DNA of 64,000 nucleotides, taken from assembly GCF_044704955.1 (NCBI RefSeq), contig NW_027252090.1, positions 186,001 to 250,000 of the forward strand, read 5' to 3'. The translations under genes were made by a program, and so were the position numbers. The DNA comes from Pristiophorus japonicus (lineage: Eukaryota). Numbering within the stretch: the first letter of the stretch is position 1; the number at the start of each line of letters is the position of its first letter. Positions 50,188 to 62,409 of the stretch are shown piece after piece. The notes below the pieces were generated by a model. That model saw nothing but the letters and a program-made list of their open reading frames with translations. It made no database searches and was not told the origin of the DNA.

Positions 50188-53100
50188 ACCGGCCACAAGA
50201 TACAAACAGCGAACCCAAAGATGCAGAGAACAGTGAGCATCCTGGAGAAATTCTCGGAGGGAGAAGTTTGGGAAACATTTGTGGAACGACTCGATCAATA
50301 CTTCGTGGCCAACGAGCTGAATGGGGAAGAGAGCACTGCCAAATGAAGGGCGATCCTCCTCACCGTCTGTGGGGCACCAACGTATGGCCTCATCAAGAAT
50401 CTGCTTTCTCCAGCGAAACCCACAGAGAAATCGTACGACGATTTGTGCACACTGGTCCGAGAGCATTTGAACCCGAAGGAAAGCGTTCTGATGGCGAGGT
50501 ACCGGCTCTATAACTACAAAAGGTCTGAAGGCCAGGAAATGGCGTGTTATTTCGCCGAGCTAAGAAGCCTTGCTGGACATTGCGAATTTGAAGGACATTT
50601 GGAACATATGCTCGGAGACTTATACATAATTGGCATTGGCCACGAGAATATACTTCGCAAACTTTTGACTGTAGAGACCCCAACCTTGAGAAAGGCCACA
50701 GCGATAACCCAGGCGTACATTGCCATCAGTGACAATACGAAGCAATCTCTCAACACACAAATACTGTGAACAAATTGATGTTGTTTTTGAATCATAATGT
50801 ACAGGGCAGGTCAAACATATCTGCAGCTGCACGTCCGCAGATGACTCAAAGTCCATCATCAAGGATGATGAAGGCAAGGCCATTAACATCTTGTTGGCGC
50901 TGACGTGGTAGTCATCGATTCCATTGATGCCGATTCAAAGAGTACGTTTACAAGGGCTGTGCAACAATGGGACATGTCCAACGAGTGTGCAGGCAAGCTG
51001 CAAAACTTCTTCAACCTGCAAACCACCATCTTGCAGAGGAGAACATATCCATAGAAGATCACGATTAACCAGAGCCTCGGACCGAGGAGGCAGAGATACA
51101 TGCAGTGCAAACATTCACCACGAATTGTCCACCGATAATGCTGAATGTTGAACTTGTTGAACTAAATGGACTCCCGGTGTCAATGGAGCTGGACACATGG
51201 GTGAGCCAGTCCATCATGGGCGAAAAGACTTTCGAAATTTTGTGGTGCAACAAGGCCTCAAGCCCAGTCAAAACTCCAGTTCGCACGAAACTAAGAACTT
51301 ACACGAAAGAACTGATTCCTGTAATAGGCAGTGCTACCATAAAGTTATCCTATGATGGAGCGGTGCACAAGCTACCACTCTGCTTGTTACCAGGCGATGG
51401 TCCCATGCTGCTCGGCAGGAGCTGGCTGGGAAAGATACGCTGGAACTTGGACGACATCCGAGAGCTATCGCCCGCTGACGACACTCCATGGGCACAGGTC
51501 TTAAACAAATTTCCTTCGCTGTTCGAATCAGGCATCGGGAAATACCAAGGAGCAAAAGTGCAGATCCACCTAATTCCGGGGGCACGACCCATCCATCACA
51601 AGGTGAAAGCAGTACTGCACATGATAGAGAAAAGGGTAGAAATCGAGCTCGACCAGCTACAAAGCGAGGGCCTCATCTCACCGATCAAGAGAGTGAGAGA
51701 GAGAGAGAAACAGAGAGAGAGAGAGAGAAGGCGAGAGAGAGATAGAAGGCGAGAGAGTTCCAGTCCTCAAGGGAGACAACAATGTCAGAATCTGTGGCGA
51801 TAACAAAGTAACTATCAATCGTTTCTCCCTGCAGGATCAATACCCACTTCCAAAAGCCGACGACCTCTTTGCAACGCTGACGTGAGGAAAGGCGTTCAAG
51901 AAGCTGGATCTGACCTCAGCCTACTTGAGGTAAGAACTGGAGAAATCATTGAAGGCTCTCACCGGCATCAACACGCACAAAAGTATTTTTGTTTGTAAGA
52001 GATGCCCGTTTGGAATTCGATCGGTGGCGACGATATTCCAGTGAAACATACAAACTTTACTGAAGTCGGTCCCGCATACCGTGGTCTTCTAGGACGACAA
52101 CTTGTACACAGGTCGGAACACAGACGAGCAGCTGCAGAATCTGGAGGAGGTTCTTAGTCGACTCAACCGCATGGGGCTCACCTTAAAATGTTCAAAGTGC
52201 GTTTTCCTGCCGCCTGAAGTGGACTTCTTGGGAAGGAGGAATGCGGCGGACCGCATCAGACCCATCAAAGCGAAGACGGAGGCAATCGAGAACGCACCGA
52301 GGCCACAGAACGTGGTGGAACTGCGGTCATTCCTGGGACTCTTGAATTACTTTGGTAACTTCTTACCGGCACTCAGCACCCTGCTAGAAGCACTCCATGT
52401 CTCACTAGAAAAGGGGCGAATGGGTTTGGGGCAAAATCCAAAAAAGGGCCTTTATAAAAGCGAGAAACTTGTGATGCTCGAACAAATTGCCTGTTATTGT
52501 ATGATCCATGTAAACGTTTGGTACGAGCATGTGATGCATCGTCATACGGTGTCGGGTGTGTATTGCAACAAGCTAATGATTTTAGGAAACTGCAACCGAT
52601 GGTTTATGCATCCAGGAGTCTGTCTAAGGAGTCTGTCTGCAGCATGACTGGAAACGAAGTGTTAGCGCGTGTCTATGGGGTAAAGAAAATGGATCAATAC
52701 CTGTTTGGGCTAAAATTTCGAATTAGAAACTGAACATAAGCCACTTATACCCCTGTTTTCCGAGAGTAAAGGGATAAATACAAACGCATCAGCCCGCATC
52801 CAGAGATGGCCGTTCATGTTGTCCGCATCCAACCATGCCATCCGCCACAGGCCAGGCACAGAAAACTGCGCCGATGCTCTCAGTAGGCTGCCATTGCCCA
52901 CCACGGGGGTGGCAATGGGCAGCCTGCAGATATAGCCAAGGTTATGGAAGCATTTGAGAGTGAGCAATCACCCATCACAGGACAAGCAGGACCTCTTATA
53001 TCCTTAGTCAAAAGCTGTGTGCTTCACGAGAGTTGTTCCAGTGTCCCAGTGGAAATGCAGGAAGATATAAAGCCATTCCAGTGGCGCAAAGATAAAATGT

Positions 53101-54339
53101 CTATATAGGCAGACTGCCTGCTGTGAGGCAATCGAGTAGTGGTCCCCAAGAAGGGCAGAGGCACCTTCATCAATTACCTCCAAGTATCTGCACAGGCATC
53201 ATAATGATGAAAGTGATAGGCAGATCCCACGTGTGGTGGCACAGTATCGATGCGGACTTAGAGTCCTGCATTCACAGATGTTACACATGCTCGCAGTTAA
53301 GCAATGTACCCAGGGAGGCGCCTCTATGTTTAAGGTCTTGGCCCTCCAAACCGTGGTCTAGGGTATACGTCGACTATGCCGGCCCAAGCTTGGTAAAATG
53401 TTCCTTGTGGTTGTAGACGCGTACTCCAAGTGGATTGAATGTGAGATAATGTCGGCTAGCAAGTCTGCTGCCACCACTGAAAGCCTGCGGGACATCTTTG
53501 CCACATACAGCTTACCCGATGTTCTGTTGAACGACAACGGGCCATGTTTTCCCAATGCTGAGTTCAAAGAATTCATGAACCATAACGGGATCAAGAATGT
53601 CAAATCTGCGCCGTGTCAACCAGCGTCCAATGGTCAGGCAGAGAGAGCAATGCAAACCATCAAGCAAGTCTTGAAGAGGGTCACTGAAGGCTCACCCCAG
53701 ACTCGCTTATCCCGAGTCCTGTTTAGCTATCGCACGAGACCCTGCTCGCTCACTGGGATCCCACCTGCTGAACTGCTCATGAAAAGAGCACTTAAGATAA
53801 GGCTCTTGTTAGTACACACTGAAATACATGAACAGGAAGAGAGCAGGCGGCTTCAACAAAGTGCGCACCATTACAGCACAAATGTGTCACGCGAGATTGA
53901 ATTCAATGATCCTGTATTTGTAATAAATTATGGACCAGGTCCCAAGTGGCATCACGGCACTATCGTGGCCAAAGAGGGGAGCAGGGTGTGTCGGGTCAAA
54001 CTTTCAAATGCACTCATTCACCGGAAACACTTGGACCAAATCAAACTCGGATTCACGGACTATCCTGAGCAACCCACATTGGACCCTACATTTTTTGATG
54101 CACCAACACACACACCAGTGGGAAATGACACCACGTTGACCACGAAGCAGAACCCATCACCCACAGCAGCCCTGCAGGGCACAACACACCAGGCAGCCCA
54201 GCAAGGCCAGCTGCACAGCAGCCCGGCGAGCGCCCAACAAATGATTCACCTACACCACCTTTCACACCGAGATGATCAACCAGGACAATAAGGGCCCCAG
54301 ATCGACTCCCATTGTCAATAGTTATACTGTGCGGGAGAA

Positions 54340-54550
54340 TGTTGTTAGAAATGTGGGCTTGTATTTACACTGTGCAGCCACCAGTAGGCGCATTCCCCGG
54401 AGTGCCAAGGGATCCCATAATCCCTTGGGAGCACAGACATTTCAGAAGGCTTCACAGGTTGGAGAGGCTCTCTGGAGACCTGCAATAAAAGATTCAGGTC
54501 ACACTTTACTTTGAGCTCACAGTGTTCAGTCTGACTCTTTCTCCATACAC
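54340..54550 (+). repeat. 3' LTR, preceded by a polypurine tract
   Basis: Direct repeat of 49976-50187; GCGGGAGAA immediately upstream. Confidence 0.87.
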
Positions 54551-54809
54551 TAGTCTGACATCACAATTGCAATTTTCCCGCCTATCACATTGCCTGTATC
54601 TTGCGGTGCTCACTGGGCAGAAGGCTGCAAATGTACCTGCAGACGCTGTGTGATCCCGAAACTCTCTCTCAAATAAAGTCTCTCCAACTTTAGTCTCTTT
54701 CTTTGCTTTCTGTGTGTGTACAGTATAAATGGAACCACTGTCTGTTTGTCACATAGGCCCCAGGCATTAGGTGTCACTCCCAGAGTTTGAGCTCCCTGGA
54801 CTTTCTGTG

Positions 54810-56135
54810 CCATATCTAATCCGTGCTGTAGCTGCCCTTGCATTGTGTGGTGGAACTGTGTAGATGGTGTTTTGCTCTGTATCTAACCCGTGCTGTACCT
54901 GCCCTGGGAGTGTGTTGGTACATTGTAGATGGGTCTGTACTCTCTGTATCTAACCCATGCTGCACATGCTCCGGGAGTGTTTGACGGGACAGTGTTGAGG
55001 GAGCTTTACTCTGTATCTAGCCCGTGCTGTAACTGCCCTGGGAATGTTTGATGACACAGTGCAGAGAGAGCTTTACTCTGTATCTAACCACCTGTACCTG
55101 CCCTGGGAGTGTTTGATGGGACAGTGTAGAGGGAGCTTTACTCTGTATCTAACTCCCTGTACCTGCACTGGGAGTGTTTGATGGGACAGTGCAGAGGGAG
55201 CTTTACTCTGTATCTAACCCCCTGTGCCTGCCCTGGGAGTGTTGATGGGAAAGTGTAGAGGGAGCTTTACTCTGTATCTAACTCCCTGTACCTGCCCTTG
55301 GAGTGTTTGATGGGACAGTGTAGCCGGAGATTTACTCTGTATCTAACCCCCTCTACCTGCCCTGGGAGTGTTTGATGGGACAGTGTAGAGGGAGCATAAC
55401 TCTATATCTAACCCCCTGTACCTGCCTTGGGAGTGTTTGATGGGACAGTGTAGAGGGAGCTTTACTCTGTATCGAACCCGTGCTGTACCTGCCCTGGGAG
55501 TGTTTGATGGGACAGTGTAGCCGGAGATTTACTCTGTATCTAACCCGTGTTGTACCTGCCCTGGGAGTGATTGATGGGACAGTGTAGCCGGAGATTTACT
55601 CTGGATCTAACCCGTGCTGTACCTGCCCTGTGAGTGTTTGATGGGATAGTGCAGAGAGAGCTTTAATTTGTATCGGACCCGTGCTGTACTTGCCTTGGTA
55701 GCGTTTCATGGGAAAGTGTAGAAGGAGCTTTTCTCTGTGTTTAACCAGTGCTGCACCTGCCCTGGGAGTGTTTGATGGGACAGTGTAGAGGGAGCTTAAC
55801 TCTGTATCTATCCCCGTGCTGTACTTGCCCTGGGAGTGTTTAATGGGACAGTGTCGAGGGAGCTTTACTCTGGGTCTCATCTGTGCTGTGCCTGCCCTGG
55901 GAGTGTTTGATGGGACAGTGTAGAGGCAGCTTTACTCTGTATCTAACCCCCTGTACCTGCCCTGGGAGTGTTTGATGGGACAGTGTCGAGGGAGCTTTAC
56001 TCTGTATCTAACCCCCTGTACCTTGCCCTGGGAGTGTTTGATGGGACAATGTAGAGGGAGCTTTACTCTGTATCTAACCCCCTGTACCTACCCTGGGAGT
56101 GTTTGATGGGACAGTTTAAAAGGAGATTTACTCTG
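54810..56135 (+). repeat. 65/68-bp minisatellite array (~20 units)
   Basis: Same unit as 16638-18240. Confidence 0.96.
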
Positions 56136-56499
56136 ACACGTTCTATAATCTATCAGACGTTGATGCATCAGAGTATTTCTCTTTAGCATCACCTGGCACG
56201 TGAAGGACCATAATATTAAAAGAGACTGCATGATCCGCCTGTTCGCTGTGCAGTCATTTCGCCTCTGCAGCACAACGTAAAAAGGCTGGGGGAATTGTGT
56301 CGTTACAATGATCGGACACTAGGTGGCGCAGCGGCTCCTTCACCGAAGGGACTTGGATTCAAACACAACTCAGACAGGACGGGTGATGAATAACTCTCAG
56401 GGGAATAAAACAAAGTGTGATAGGGAAAGGGAACGATGTGAATGAGCCTTGGAGAATGGAACTCAACAAAGTCCAACATATTCCATTTATCATTCATGA

Positions 56500-56505
56500 T
56501 TTATT
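56500..56505 (-). terminator. Probable poly(A) signal of the membrane-form IgM transcript
   Basis: AATAAA on the minus strand ~410 nt after the TM2 stop. Confidence 0.6.
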
Positions 56506-56917
56506 AACAATTTCACATCGAACAATTTACAGAGACGTTTTTAAAATGTTAACACAAATTGAATATAACAAATGAGCGTCACATTGAGCCTGGAACACAC
56601 GCGGCCTGAGCTGCCAGCTATCTGTACAACTGTTACAGACACCAGGGAGAGAGAAACAGTTCAACATAAAGGGAAGGGAATAATTGTGAATCATGAATGA
56701 GAAAAGTGACTTCGTTATACATGAGATATTCAAACAATTATGAAACTCAGAGATACATTTACATTATAGCAACGAATATCTCACTTCTCAAACACAGAGA
56801 CGAAAAATCTGAAGTCAATTGAATCCGGGAATCACCAAGAGGACCTAGTTTATTTTCAGGACACAGTGATGTTAATAACCAGATGAGGAAAATCCACGGC
56901 GGCCGAGATCCAGCCGA

Positions 56918-56926
56918 TCACTTGAC
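56918..56926 (-). CDS. IGHM: IgM heavy chain TM2 exon (V-K-stop)
   Basis: TCCCTCTTTTACAG|GTC AAG TGA completes the KVK cytoplasmic tail. Confidence 0.92.
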   Translation of the reverse strand, partial: VK

Positions 56927-57064
56927 CTGTAAAAGAGGGACAAAAGATTGAAGCAGGGATTTAGTGCTTTGGGGCAATTATCTCAGGGTTTTTATCAATG
57001 AAACGTTCAGAGATTTGGCAAACCGCTTCAGTCAGCTCGAAGCAAATGCACTGAATCTTCTCAC

Positions 57065-57192
57065 CTTCACCAGAGTGACGGCAGCGCTGTAGAACATGCT
57101 CAGGAAGAACAGGATGATGAATGTGGAAGCGGTTGTCCAGATGTTGCCGCTCTGGCCCTCGTAGTCTTCATCCCAGATGTGATCTGAGGAAT
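57065..57192 (-). CDS. IGHM: IgM heavy chain TM1 exon
   Basis: CCGCAG|(D)[42 protein letters not shown]|GTGAGA; CART motif with WTTASTF and YS; 128 nt, phase 1 to phase 0. Confidence 0.96.
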
Positions 57193-57829
57193 CTGCGGAG
57201 ATGTAGAGGAGGAAAATATTCAGATCGTTTGCTAATCCAAAATATCGTATTATTATTATATATTCTATTTTATTTCCTTAAGGTATTAGTTTGTTCTCTA
57301 ACTTGATGTTCAATGTATGCCCTGTGTTAAGTTAATCACTCTCAACAATCTATCTGTGTTCCTAATTCCACAGTCGCTCTTCCTTTATGATCCTCCTACG
57401 TCCGTGTTGGAAAATTTGACAGTTTTCCTTCAATGTGACACGCTCATTGATTTTGTATCAATTTCATAGGATTTACCGTTCGGGAATAGTATGATGTAAT
57501 ATCGAGGGAGGTTTACTGAGCGATACCGATTATTTTAACAATAGTTTTAGCGACCTAATTATTTGGAGACTGTCAAGGGGGCAGTGTAAGACGTCAGATG
57601 TGAGTTATAATCTTGATTAGTTTGTGACGGTCAGTGTTCTGAACTTAATTAACTTGCATCAGTTTCCAACTAAGAACGTTAATTCAGTGTGTGTGTAGGA
57701 CCAGAATAGAGGAATGTGAGATATTATGACATCAGAAATGATTTATTGAATATAATGGTTGGGAGACTGTTCCAAGAGTGTATTTTAATTCTATATTCAT
57801 CGATAGCCTGATGTATTTTGTGCACTTTA

Positions 57830-58500
57830 GTGTTTACATATATGTGCATGACGATCACTTGTTCTGGTTTAGTCTGTGTTTGTGTGTTGATGTGTGTTAA
57901 TGTAATGTTGATATGCAAGTTTGCGGGTGTTAATGTGCGATTCTATGTATCTATATTTAAGTGTAAGTGTGTGTTTATTTTCGTACGCTTGTGTACGTTT
58001 ACTTGTCGGTCTTTGTGTGTTTATATGAAATTTTGTGTATTTATGTTTAAATGTCTGTGTTTTGTATAAGTACGTTCATGTGTGTTTTTTTCATGTGTGT
58101 GTGTATGGTTATGTGTAAGTATTGTGTATGTTTAGGGGTAAGCATGTGTGCGCTTATGTGTAAATGTGTGTGTTCGCATGTAAATGTGTGTGTGTGTGTT
58201 ATGCGTTAGTGGGATTGTGTTGATGTGTGTGTTTATGCGAGTGTAAGTGCATGTGTGTGTGCGTGTGTGTGTGTGTATGTGTGTTAATGCGTGTGTTTTT
58301 GTCTGTTTAGTGTTAGGGTGCGTGTGTGTATTTTTGCTGTCATTCAAACTTTAAGAGAGTACTAATAACTGGTTCAGACAATAAAGGTGTGTATTATATT
58401 CTGGGCATGTGTAATATCCTGTGTAAGTGTGCCTATGTGCGTGTTTATGTGTAAGTCTCTGTGTGTTTATGTGTAAGCGTGAACTTTCACAAAAACACAC
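57830..58500. repeat. Degenerate (TG/TA)n tract in the CH4-TM1 intron
   Basis: Interrupted TGTG/TATG runs. Confidence 0.85.
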
Positions 58501-58599
58501 GCACTCACTTTTGCACGCATTCTTCCCCGCTCTGTGTAAATGTTTTCAGCGTGAGACGCCAGGTGACGTCAGGCGACGGAATGCAACAATTCAACGATG

Positions 58600-60045
58600 G
58601 GTATCTCTCTCTGGTGGGAATTGAGGGGTACAGTGGCTTAACAATTGCCGTTTCCCCTCACTGTGTTGGAGGATCGGAAACACAATCAGTTAACAATTGC
58701 CCTTTCGCCTCTCTCTGATGGGGCAGTGGGAGGTACAGGGGGTTAACAATTGCCCTTTCCCCTCTCTCTGGTGGGGCAGTGGGGGTACAGTGGTAAACAA
58801 TTGCCCTTTCCCCTCCCCCTGATGGGGCAGTGGGAGGTACAGGGGGTTAACAATTGCCCTTTCCCCTCCCCCTGATGGGGCAGTGTGAGGTACAGTGGGT
58901 TGACAATTGACCTTTCCACTCTCTCTCTGGTGGGGCAGTGTGAGGTACAGTGGGTTGACAATTGACCTTTCCCCTCTCTCTGGTGGGGCAGTGTGAGGTA
59001 CAGGGGGTTGACAATTGGCCTTTCCACTCTCTCTCTGGTGGGGCAGTGTGAGGTACAGTGGGTTGACAATTGACCTTCCCCCTCTCTCTGCTGGGGCAGT
59101 GTGAGGTACAGGGGGTTGACAATTGACCTTTCCCCTCCCTCTGTTGGGGCAGTGGTATTACAATGAGTTAACAGTTGACCTTTCCCCCCTCCCTAGTGCG
59201 GTAGTGGGAGTACAGTGGGTTAACGATTGAACTTTCCCCTCCCCCTGGTGGGGCAGTGGAGGGTACAGGGGGTTAACAATTGTCCTTTCCCCTCTGGTGG
59301 GGCAGTGGAGGGTACAGGGGGTTAACAATTGACCTTTCCCCTCTGGTGGGGCAGTGGGGGGGGGTACAGGGGGTTAGCAATTGACCTTTCCCCTCGCTCT
59401 GTTGGGGCAGTGGGAGTTGCAGGGGGTTAACAATTGACATTTCCCCTCTCTCAGGTGGGGTAGTGGGAGTACCGTGGGTTAACAATTGACATTTCCCCTC
59501 CCCCGGGTGGGTCAGTGGGTGGTACAGGGGGTTAACAATTGACCTTTCCCCTCTGGTGGGGCAGTGGGGGGTACAGGTGATTAACAATTGACCTTTCCCC
59601 TCTGGTGGGTCAGTGGTGGGTACAGGGGGTTAACAATTGACTTGTTCTCTCTCTCTGTTGGGTCAGTGGGGGGTACAGGGGGTTAACAATTGACTTGTTC
59701 TCTCTCTCTGGTGGGGCACTGGGGGTACAGGGGATTAACAATTGACTTGTTCTCTCTCTCTGTTGGGGCAGTGGGAGGTATAGGGGGTTAACAATTGACC
59801 TTTCCCCTCCCCCGGGTGGGTCAGTGGGGGGTACAGGTGATTAACAATTGACCTTTCCCCTCTGGTGGGTCAGTGGTGGGTACAGGGGGTTAACAATTGA
59901 CTTGTTCTCTCTCTCTGTTGGGTCAGTCGGTGGTACAGGGGGTTAACAATTGACTTCTTCTCTCTCTCTGGTGGGGCAGTGGGGGTACAGGGGTTTAACA
60001 ATTGACTTGTTCTCTCTCTCTGGTGGGGCAGTGGGAGGTACAGTT
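58600..60045. repeat. ~50-54 bp minisatellite in the CH4-TM1 intron
   Basis: Unit GGGGTTAACAATTGACCTTTCCCCTCTCTCTGGTGGGGCAGTGGGGGGTACA with variants. Confidence 0.94.
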
Positions 60046-60432
60046 CCTGTTCCCGTGTCGCCCTCATTTCAGATCCAAGAGCGTGCGATGCTGCCAATTA
60101 AAACCGGCCCCAAATCTGAAGGGATGGACAACACGAGAAACAATGACACATAGATCTAAATGTGCTGCATTTGTTTGTCGGAAAATGGAACTTTGCAGGT
60201 TCTGCCAGTGGGAAGAAAGTTGCTGAAATTACTTTGAGGAATCCTGTCATGAAAGAGCTTCACTCTGTCTCCAAACTGTGGTGTATCTGAGCTGGGAGCG
60301 CTGGCTGTACAAGCTTTGTGCCCAAGTCCGACAAATATTCTGCTTCACATTAACAGCCCGCCCCTTGGCAAAAATGGGAAACAAAATTAATTGAGCGGCT
60401 GTGTGTGTAACTCACGGTTGGAAGAAAAGGCC

Positions 60433-60448
60433 TTTATTGGTTTTTATT
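60433..60448 (-). terminator. Tandem poly(A) signals of the secreted-form IgM transcript
   Basis: Two AATAAA on the minus strand (60443-60448 and 60433-60438), ~30-45 nt after the tailpiece stop. Confidence 0.85.
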
Positions 60449-60476
60449 TAAGAACTGAAATGCAATCGAGAGATTC

Positions 60477-60868
60477 TCATTGACAAGCATTGACGGTGTC
60501 CATCAGACCAAGAGAAATGTTCACAAAACTGGGTTTACCGCTGGATTTATTGACTGTTCTGATGATGGTCTTCAAGGGGATGGCCTCATGTCCTACCACA
60601 CAGGAGTAAGAAGCACCGCTGGCCCACTCCTCGGCTGCAATGGATAACAGGCTGTACGTGAAGAAAGAGCTGCTGCTGTTCTCCGTCTTCACCTCGGTGT
60701 TCGTGTAGTTGCCCGAATTCACCGGCTTGTCATTGACGGTCCACTTGACGAAGATCTCTCGGGGGGAGAAACCTCTCACTAAGCAGGTGAGGCTGACAAA
60801 CCTCTGAGCGGAGATTTCTTCTGCCGAGGGCAGGAGGACAGACACGGCCGGTTCCCGCGGATCGTTAG
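60477..60868 (-). CDS. IGHM: IgM heavy chain CH4 exon with secretory tailpiece; internal donor at 60539/60538 for the membrane form
   Basis: CTGCAG|(A)[42 protein letters not shown]...[11 protein letters not shown]...[24 protein letters not shown]; tailpiece has an N-glycosylation site (NIS) and penultimate Cys; AGC G|GTAAA donor is in phase with TM1. Confidence 0.97.
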
Positions 60869-61059
60869 CTGCAGATCAATTACAATAAACATCAATAAAC
60901 TGGAGACTTCCAGAGACAATGACACCGGTGGTTAAATGCGCGAGATACGTGGTTTGCGCGGAATTTTAAAGGATTCCCTTTTTCGCCTCTGTGGCCTGTC
61001 CAGTTTTTCAGCCCAGAACAGAATGGAATAAAATCATTCTCTCTGGGAGCTTGAAGAGT

Positions 61060-61240
61060 TGTACTGGAAAATTACACAGGAATCACTGCTAGGAACCAGG
61101 CCATTCGGCCAACTGATTTATACCAACTTTTATGCTCCACACGAACCTTCTCCCAGCTCACCATCTAAACCACGTAACATGTCCTTCTATTGCTTTCTCC
61201 CTCCTGCAATTATCTAACTTCCCCTTAAATGCATCCTCAC
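61060..61240 (-). mobile_element. Short CR1-type 3' end in the CH3-CH4 intron
   Basis: AGGCCATTCGGCC and TTATCTAACTTCCCCTTAAATGCATC remnants. Confidence 0.55.
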
Positions 61241-61384
61241 ATATCCCAGAGTATTTAGTTCGTGGGATTACCATTTCAATTATCAAAGTAATCTATTAAT
61301 ATACTTATGTGAACGAATTGGCCCATGCACAAGCACCGGGAATAGTCACAGCCTCTCACGTGTTACTACAATCACGCCACTCAC

Positions 61385-61690
61385 CCATTTCCTTGTGGAT
61401 GGAACCTCTGATCGGAGTGTGCATATCCCGATGGCTCACCACGCAGTCAAACACATCCCCACTCAGCCAGTCTTGTGTCGAGATGTCTAACTTGCTGATC
61501 ACACTGTCGCCCTCTCCCGGTTCACCGTGATTCCCTGGTTTCAAAATGTCCTTTTTCCGCTCCCAGGACACGGTGACTCCAAAAGGAGCATTCGACACGA
61601 TGCAGGTTAAGGTCACTGTCGCCTCCATTAAGACCTGCTCGAGTGACGGCGGCGAAAGAGTGATTTTTGGATCGTTGCACGAGGAATCTT
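61385..61690 (-). CDS. IGHM: IgM heavy chain CH3 exon
   Basis: TTCACAG|(E)[42 protein letters not shown]...[13 protein letters not shown]...IHKEM G|GTGAGT; C1-set Cys-Trp-Cys; phase 1 at both ends. Confidence 0.96.
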
Positions 61691-62409
61691 CTGTGAAGCA
61701 GAAATGAAAGTCAAGCAAAGCTTCATCTCCAGAGTCAGGATAGCAGCATTCTGCTTAACTCCCAAAAGTAGAATAAATCATCTTTGGGATATTAACCTCT
61801 CGTTGTTGCTTAACAACCATCATTATTGGAAGGACAACGAATTGGCAACCATCCCGGGAGACGCTTTAACATTTCCTGTGTATTTGCACCCAGAGCCACC
61901 TGTGATCGGCTGTGAGGCAAAGACCCGGCATAAAACATTGAATAAAGTTGGGTGCAATTGTGTTATGCACTGAATAGCGCTCGTCCCGAAAATCCTTGCT
62001 CCTTTACGCCCGTCTATCGATCCTTCTGCCCGAACGCATTTGCGCTCAGTATAATGGCTTCACCCCCAGGTTGAAGAGCTCTACATGGAATTTACACTGG
62101 TTCAAAACGAGTGTCAAATCAAATCCAGGATTATAGTTGCAACAGGAAACAAAGTTAATTTTCTGGTGTCTTATGATTTTGGGGTTGATGAAAATGTGCA
62201 GGAACCAGTAGCCCCCCGCCCACCCCACCCCCCCGGCAGAGCAGAAGTAAAAGGTCGTGGTAAGGGAATTTGAAGGGGTCTTTTGTCATGGGGAATAAAT
62301 TGCAATACTGATGTGAAGTAGTTTTCTTTTAAATTTCTGTCATTAGTGAGCTTTTATCATGTCTAGTGAGAGAGAGTAAGGAGGGAATATAACCGCAGGA
62401 CAGTAATAG

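Larger units (their letters stand above)
49976..54550 (+). mobile_element. Ty3/Gypsy LTR retrotransposon, full length but decayed
   Basis: Two ~210-bp LTRs; gag (WETFVERLDQYF.AN), protease (ELDTWVSQSIM, LLGRSWL), RT (YPLP, ELRSFLGLLNYF), RNase H (CDASSYGVG, ADALSRLP) and integrase (PWSRVYVDYAGP, VVVDAYSKW, DNGP, SNGQAER); many stops and frameshifts; order RT-RH-IN. Confidence 0.95.
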
